Program-made: the position numbers and the translations under genes | Part shown: piece after piece, positions 60,533-64,000 of the stretch | Position numbering within the stretch: the first letter of the stretch is position 1 | Layout of the letters: the number at the start of each line of letters is the position of its first letter | Source: Cyanobacteriota bacterium | Lineage (GTDB): Bacteria > Cyanobacteriota > Cyanobacteriia > Cyanobacteriales > Nostocaceae | Direction of reading: 5' to 3' | Length of the DNA: 64,000 nt | Assembly (NCBI GenBank): GCA_046045965.1 | Contig: JBJOKS010000011.1 | Span: 87,681-151,680, forward strand | Notes under the pieces: generated by a model | Database searches by the model: none | Told to the model about the DNA's origin: nothing | What the model saw: only the letters and a program-made list of their open reading frames with translations

Positions 60533-60748
60533 CAGGGAACAGGGAACAGGGAACAGGGAACAGGGAACAGGGAACAGGGAACAGGGAACAGGGAACAGGG
60601 AACAGGGAACAGGGAACAGGTGACAGGGAACAGGGAACAGGGAACAGGGAACAGGGAACAGGTGAGAGTGGGTTATTAATTACCAATTACCAATTACCAA
60701 TTACCAATTACCAATTACCAATTACCAATTACCAATTACCAATTACCA
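60531..60748. repeat. Composite STRR: (GGGAACA)n then (TTACCAA)n
   Basis: About 18 and 10 heptamers. Confidence 0.92.
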
Positions 60749-60786
60749 GCTAAAACAAATATGATAGGCGTTTAAACAAACATGAT

Positions 60787-61521
60787 ATGAGTATTTTAGA
60801 TTCTCTGCCAGATCAACCGGAGGAAGATTCATCACCTGAATCATCAACCCCTGGTAATCAGTCAGATCAAGACCAGCAGTTAAAGCGCCCCCATCTGAAG
60901 GTTGATACACCTTTGAGGATGGTGGAAACGGCATTTTTAGCCAGCACTGCTAGTTTGATTTGGTTTATTAATTTCTATTTTCCTTTAGGTCCAGTTTTAC
61001 GAATATTTTTTCCAATTCCCATCGCTTTAGTTTATTTACGCTGGGGTAAACGTGCTGCCTGGATGGCTGCTGTCACCTCTGGGTTACTGTTAGCGGTGCT
61101 GATGGGACCTGTTCGCAGTATGTTATTTGTCATGCCTTTTGGCTTGATGGGTGTGCTGTTGGGGGTAACATGGCATCGTCGTGTACCTTGGATGGTGTCG
61201 ATTACTTTGGGTATGATCTTAGGTACTCTGGGTGTGTTTTTCCGTCTGTGGTTACTGTCTGTGTTATCTGGTGAAGACCTGTGGGTTTATGTGATTAACC
61301 AGGTGACAGAAATCCTGGAATGGATATTCCTCAAGCTCCAAATATTGGCAACTCCGAGTGTGTTTTTTATTCAGGTGGGGGCGATGCTTTTGATTGCATT
61401 CAACAACTTGATTTACTTGTTTGTAGTACATCTGGCAGCATGGTTACTTTTAGATCGTCTGGGAAATCCTATCCCCCGTCCCCCACACTGGGTACAAGTA
61501 TTAATGGATTATGAAGGATAA
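60787..61521 (+). CDS. DUF2232 domain membrane protein
   Basis: MVETAFLASTASL and FPIPIALVYLRWG; multiple TM helices. Confidence 0.85.
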   Translation: MSILDSLPDQPEEDSSPESSTPGNQSDQDQQLKRPHLKVDTPLRMVETAFLASTASLIWFINFYFPLGPVLRIFFPIPIALVYLRWGKRAAWMAAVTSGLLLAVLMGPVRSMLFVMPFGLMGVLLGVTWHRRVPWMVSITLGMILGTLGVFFRLWLLSVLSGEDLWVYVINQVTEILEWIFLKLQILATPSVFFIQVGAMLLIAFNNLIYLFVVHLAAWLLLDRLGNPIPRPPHWVQVLMDYEG

Positions 61522-61528
61522 TTCATCA

Positions 61529-61653
61529 TTGGTAATGGGTAATTGGTAATTGGTAATTGGTAATTGGTAATTAATTATTTACTGTCACCTGTCACCTGTC
61601 ACCTGTCACCTGTCACCTGTTCCCTGTTCCCTGTTCCCTGTTCCCTGTTCCCT
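61529..61653. repeat. Composite STRR, inverted relative to 60531-60748
   Basis: (GGTAATT)n then (TGTCACC)n and (TGTTCCC)n. Confidence 0.92.
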
Positions 61654-61666
61654 ATGACTAATAACT

Positions 61667-62791
61667 ATGATTCGGATTTATACAGAAATTGAACAGGGTG
61701 AGGCATGGCTACGACGTTATCGTGGTAGTCTACCTGTTTTTGCTTGTGTTTTAGGTTTTACAGAAACTTGTTTAATTCCAGGTATTTCAGCGGCTGGCTT
61801 GACTCCAGAAGATAGAAAATATACTGCTTGTGCTGATGCGGAATTTTTGTATTATGGTGCAGCGCATCATCCTAAGTATCCCCTACCGCCTTTGACTGCT
61901 GGTGCTTCTCCGGTGCTGATTTCTCGTGCTGTGGTGGCAGAACTTAAAATACCAGTTTATTTGTTTAATGCGGGTTTACCCTTAATTCCGGCTGTGCCAA
62001 TAATTGATTTGGGTGGCACGACGGCTAGGTGTTTAAGTTCAGGTGCAGCTATGGAAATGGCCACGGTAAAACATCTGCTGGAACAGGGTTTGCATTGGGG
62101 TGATCAACTCAGTGCTAATAACTCACAGGGATATCTGATTTTAAGTGAGTGCGTTGTGGGTGGTACTACAACCGCTTTGGCAATTTTAACTGGTTTAGGT
62201 ATTGATGCCACAGGAAAAGTTAACAGCAGTCATGCTGTTTGCAATCATGCACAAAAGTGGTCTATAGTACAAGCTGGTCTGGAAAAATTTCACAAGTTTA
62301 CAGATCCTCTGGAACTTGTGGCAGCGGTGGGTGATCCCATGCAGGTGGTGGTAGCTGGGATGGCGATCGCTGCTAGTCGTCGTTGTGGGGTTTTGTTGGC
62401 TGGTGGGACGCAAATGCTGGCTGTTTATGCTTTGCTGCAAGCGATCGCTCAAGCTTACTCTTTATCTTGGCAACCAGAAGCAATAGTTGTTGGTACAACT
62501 CGTTGGGTAGCAGAAGACTTGACTGGGGCTACCGTTGACTTGGCTCTCAGCTTGGGTAAAAATAGCATGAATCGGGGTAAAATCACTCCTCCCCTACTAG
62601 CTACACAGTTAAGTTTTGCTGATTCTCGTTATCCCCAACTCCAAGCTTATGAGCAAGGTTTCGTCAAAGAAGGGGTTGGTGCTGGAGCAGCGTGTATAGC
62701 CGCCTATCTCAGTCAGAATTGGCAGCAAGAACAACTTTTAAGCGCAATTGAATCTCAATTTGAGCAATTAATGAATTCGTTGTCTCATTAA
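61667..62791 (+). CDS. cobT: Nicotinate-nucleotide-dependent phosphoribosyltransferase CobT
   Basis: IPGISAAG, ECVVGGTTTA, LAGGTQM and VKEGVGAG motifs. Confidence 0.88.
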   Translation: MIRIYTEIEQGEAWLRRYRGSLPVFACVLGFTETCLIPGISAAGLTPEDRKYTACADAEFLYYGAAHHPKYPLPPLTAGASPVLISRAVVAELKIPVYLFNAGLPLIPAVPIIDLGGTTARCLSSGAAMEMATVKHLLEQGLHWGDQLSANNSQGYLILSECVVGGTTTALAILTGLGIDATGKVNSSHAVCNHAQKWSIVQAGLEKFHKFTDPLELVAAVGDPMQVVVAGMAIAASRRCGVLLAGGTQMLAVYALLQAIAQAYSLSWQPEAIVVGTTRWVAEDLTGATVDLALSLGKNSMNRGKITPPLLATQLSFADSRYPQLQAYEQGFVKEGVGAGAACIAAYLSQNWQQEQLLSAIESQFEQLMNSLSH

Positions 62792-63142
62792 TTGTTCTTC
62801 TAAAGCAGCAATACGATTATATGCGGCTGTTAATTGCGCTGTTAGTCGTTGAAGTTGAATTTCTGGTGTTATCAGCTTATCTCCAGCTTGCAAATTCATA
62901 TCTGGATAAATGCCATCTATTAACACGTCCTTATGCTCTAGATCAGAAGTGAAACTCATCTGAGCTTTTAAGTTGAAATTTTCAACTTCATGATTTTTTA
63001 GATAATTATCTTTTGGTTGTTTTGGCTCTAAAAAGCAATCAGACAAACCCTGCGACAGTTTCCTGTCCAGGTTTTCAATTACTTGGGATAGAGCATCTAC
63101 TTTCTGGCTCAAAGTTAGTATCTGTTTTTGCAGTGACTCCAT
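62768..63142 (-). CDS. Hypothetical coiled-coil protein
   Basis: Ends PEIQLQRLTAQLTAAYNRIAALEEQL; 24-bp tail-to-tail overlap with cobT. Confidence 0.78.
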   Translation of the reverse strand: MESLQKQILTLSQKVDALSQVIENLDRKLSQGLSDCFLEPKQPKDNYLKNHEVENFNLKAQMSFTSDLEHKDVLIDGIYPDMNLQAGDKLITPEIQLQRLTAQLTAAYNRIAALEEQLMRQRIH

Positions 63143-63289
63143 TTAATACCTGTATCACAAAATAGTCTTTAAATATGTTATTCAATTTACTCCCAATGTT
63201 AAAAATACTTATGATTTATTTAATCTTTCATATTTTTTTGAGTTATGATACAAAAAAAAGTTCAGATTAATATAAATTAATCAATACTG

Positions 63290-63455
63290 ATACCAATTCT
63301 GTATAAAGATGCGCTCAATTTAAAGATAAACTAACCGCAGAGACGCAGAGAAGCCAGTGCGATGGGCGGGTTCCCCGACTTGTAGCAACTGGCGCGACGC
63401 AGAGAAGGAAAGACAAGGTTAGGAAATTCGGCGCAGCCTCATGAAGAAATGGTAT
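63290..63455. mobile_element. MITE-like element with nested small repeat
   Basis: ATACCAATTC...GAAATGGTAT ends, inner ATAAAGATGCGC...GCGCAGCCTCAT; a GCCAGT...ACTGGC hairpin sits between two GACGCAGAGAAG copies. Confidence 0.65.
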
Positions 63456-63567
63456 GACTATAAGTATCACTCAAATATTCATTGAGCAATATGAAGTAGT
63501 TGGCGGTGATAGATATCAACAACCCCTGTGGTTAAGATTATGTTTATAGTCCTAGAGTTAAAAATCA

Positions 63568-64000
63568 ATGGATCGAAGGTCTTTTTTACTAGGTACAAGC
63601 GGGCTGGTAGTTTCCCAAATGCTGATGGGGTGTAACAGCAAGAACCAGGCACAATTCAACGTCCAGCTTTTAAAAGGTTCTATACCTGCTTACGTGGTTA
63701 ATCAATTTCGCAAAAGTTTACAGTCAGAGGCAAATTTAAAGTTTGTTCCCATTAATCAGATTTATGATTTATTTAAACAGTTACAAACTTGGCAACAACC
63801 AAAAGATAATAATCAAGAAGGATGGAGGCGTTTTGTTCCATTTACCCAAAGTCAAAAAGTTACTAAATCGGATTTGGTGACATTGGGAGATTATTGGCTA
63901 AAAGCAGCTATTGAACAGAAACTGATTCAACCACTGGAAACAGAAAAAATTCAACAATGGTCGGCTTTAAATCAAAAATGGCAGCAACTGGTAAAACGGG
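63568..64000 (+). CDS. Extracellular solute-binding lipoprotein, PotD-like (3' end runs off the window)
   Basis: Not in the ORF track. MDRRSFLLG Tat-type signal and lipobox LMGC, then VQLLKGSIP...DLVTLGDYWL...IEQKLIQPL; open to the window end. Confidence 0.8.
   Translation, partial: MDRRSFLLGTSGLVVSQMLMGCNSKNQAQFNVQLLKGSIPAYVVNQFRKSLQSEANLKFVPINQIYDLFKQLQTWQQPKDNNQEGWRRFVPFTQSQKVTKSDLVTLGDYWLKAAIEQKLIQPLETEKIQQWSALNQKWQQLVKR

Noticed and set aside
60490..60753. 87-aa ORF with GNREQGT and ITNYQLP repeats
   Set aside because: Translation of heptamer STRR arrays, not a credible gene.

Overview
A 64 kb chromosomal window from an AT-rich heterocyst-forming cyanobacterium (Nostocales-like), judged from HIP1 sites (GCGATCGC), heptamer STRR arrays and the genes psaE, psb28, ndhO and rpaB. 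The backbone is housekeeping: dxs (partial), rpiA, pabAB, rpaB, radA, rfbBACD, rimP-nusA-ylxR-infB, tldD/tldE, cysS, a CobW-family GTPase, dtd, psb28, moaB, mraY, psaE, fpg, ndhO, mdh, a Crp regulator and cobT. Accessory DNA is interleaved: Uma2 endonucleases and fragments, Rpn-family genes, a 5'-truncated dynamin-like gene, a collapsed toxin-antitoxin pair and several MITE and small-repeat families. No rRNA, tRNA, CRISPR array or transposase was recognised. Main candidates for something new: (1) an ECF sigma / secreted protein / TPR module at 40.5-44.4 kb, where an 88-bp dual-coding segment is duplicated around a 1.2-kb cassette carrying its own ECF-type promoter; (2) a ~690-nt highly structured non-coding region between ylxR and infB; (3) a ~130-bp MITE family whose three copies all keep an HLR1 (RpaB-box)-like motif at the same offset. 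All calls are by eye from sequence and translation; no searches or folding programs were run.
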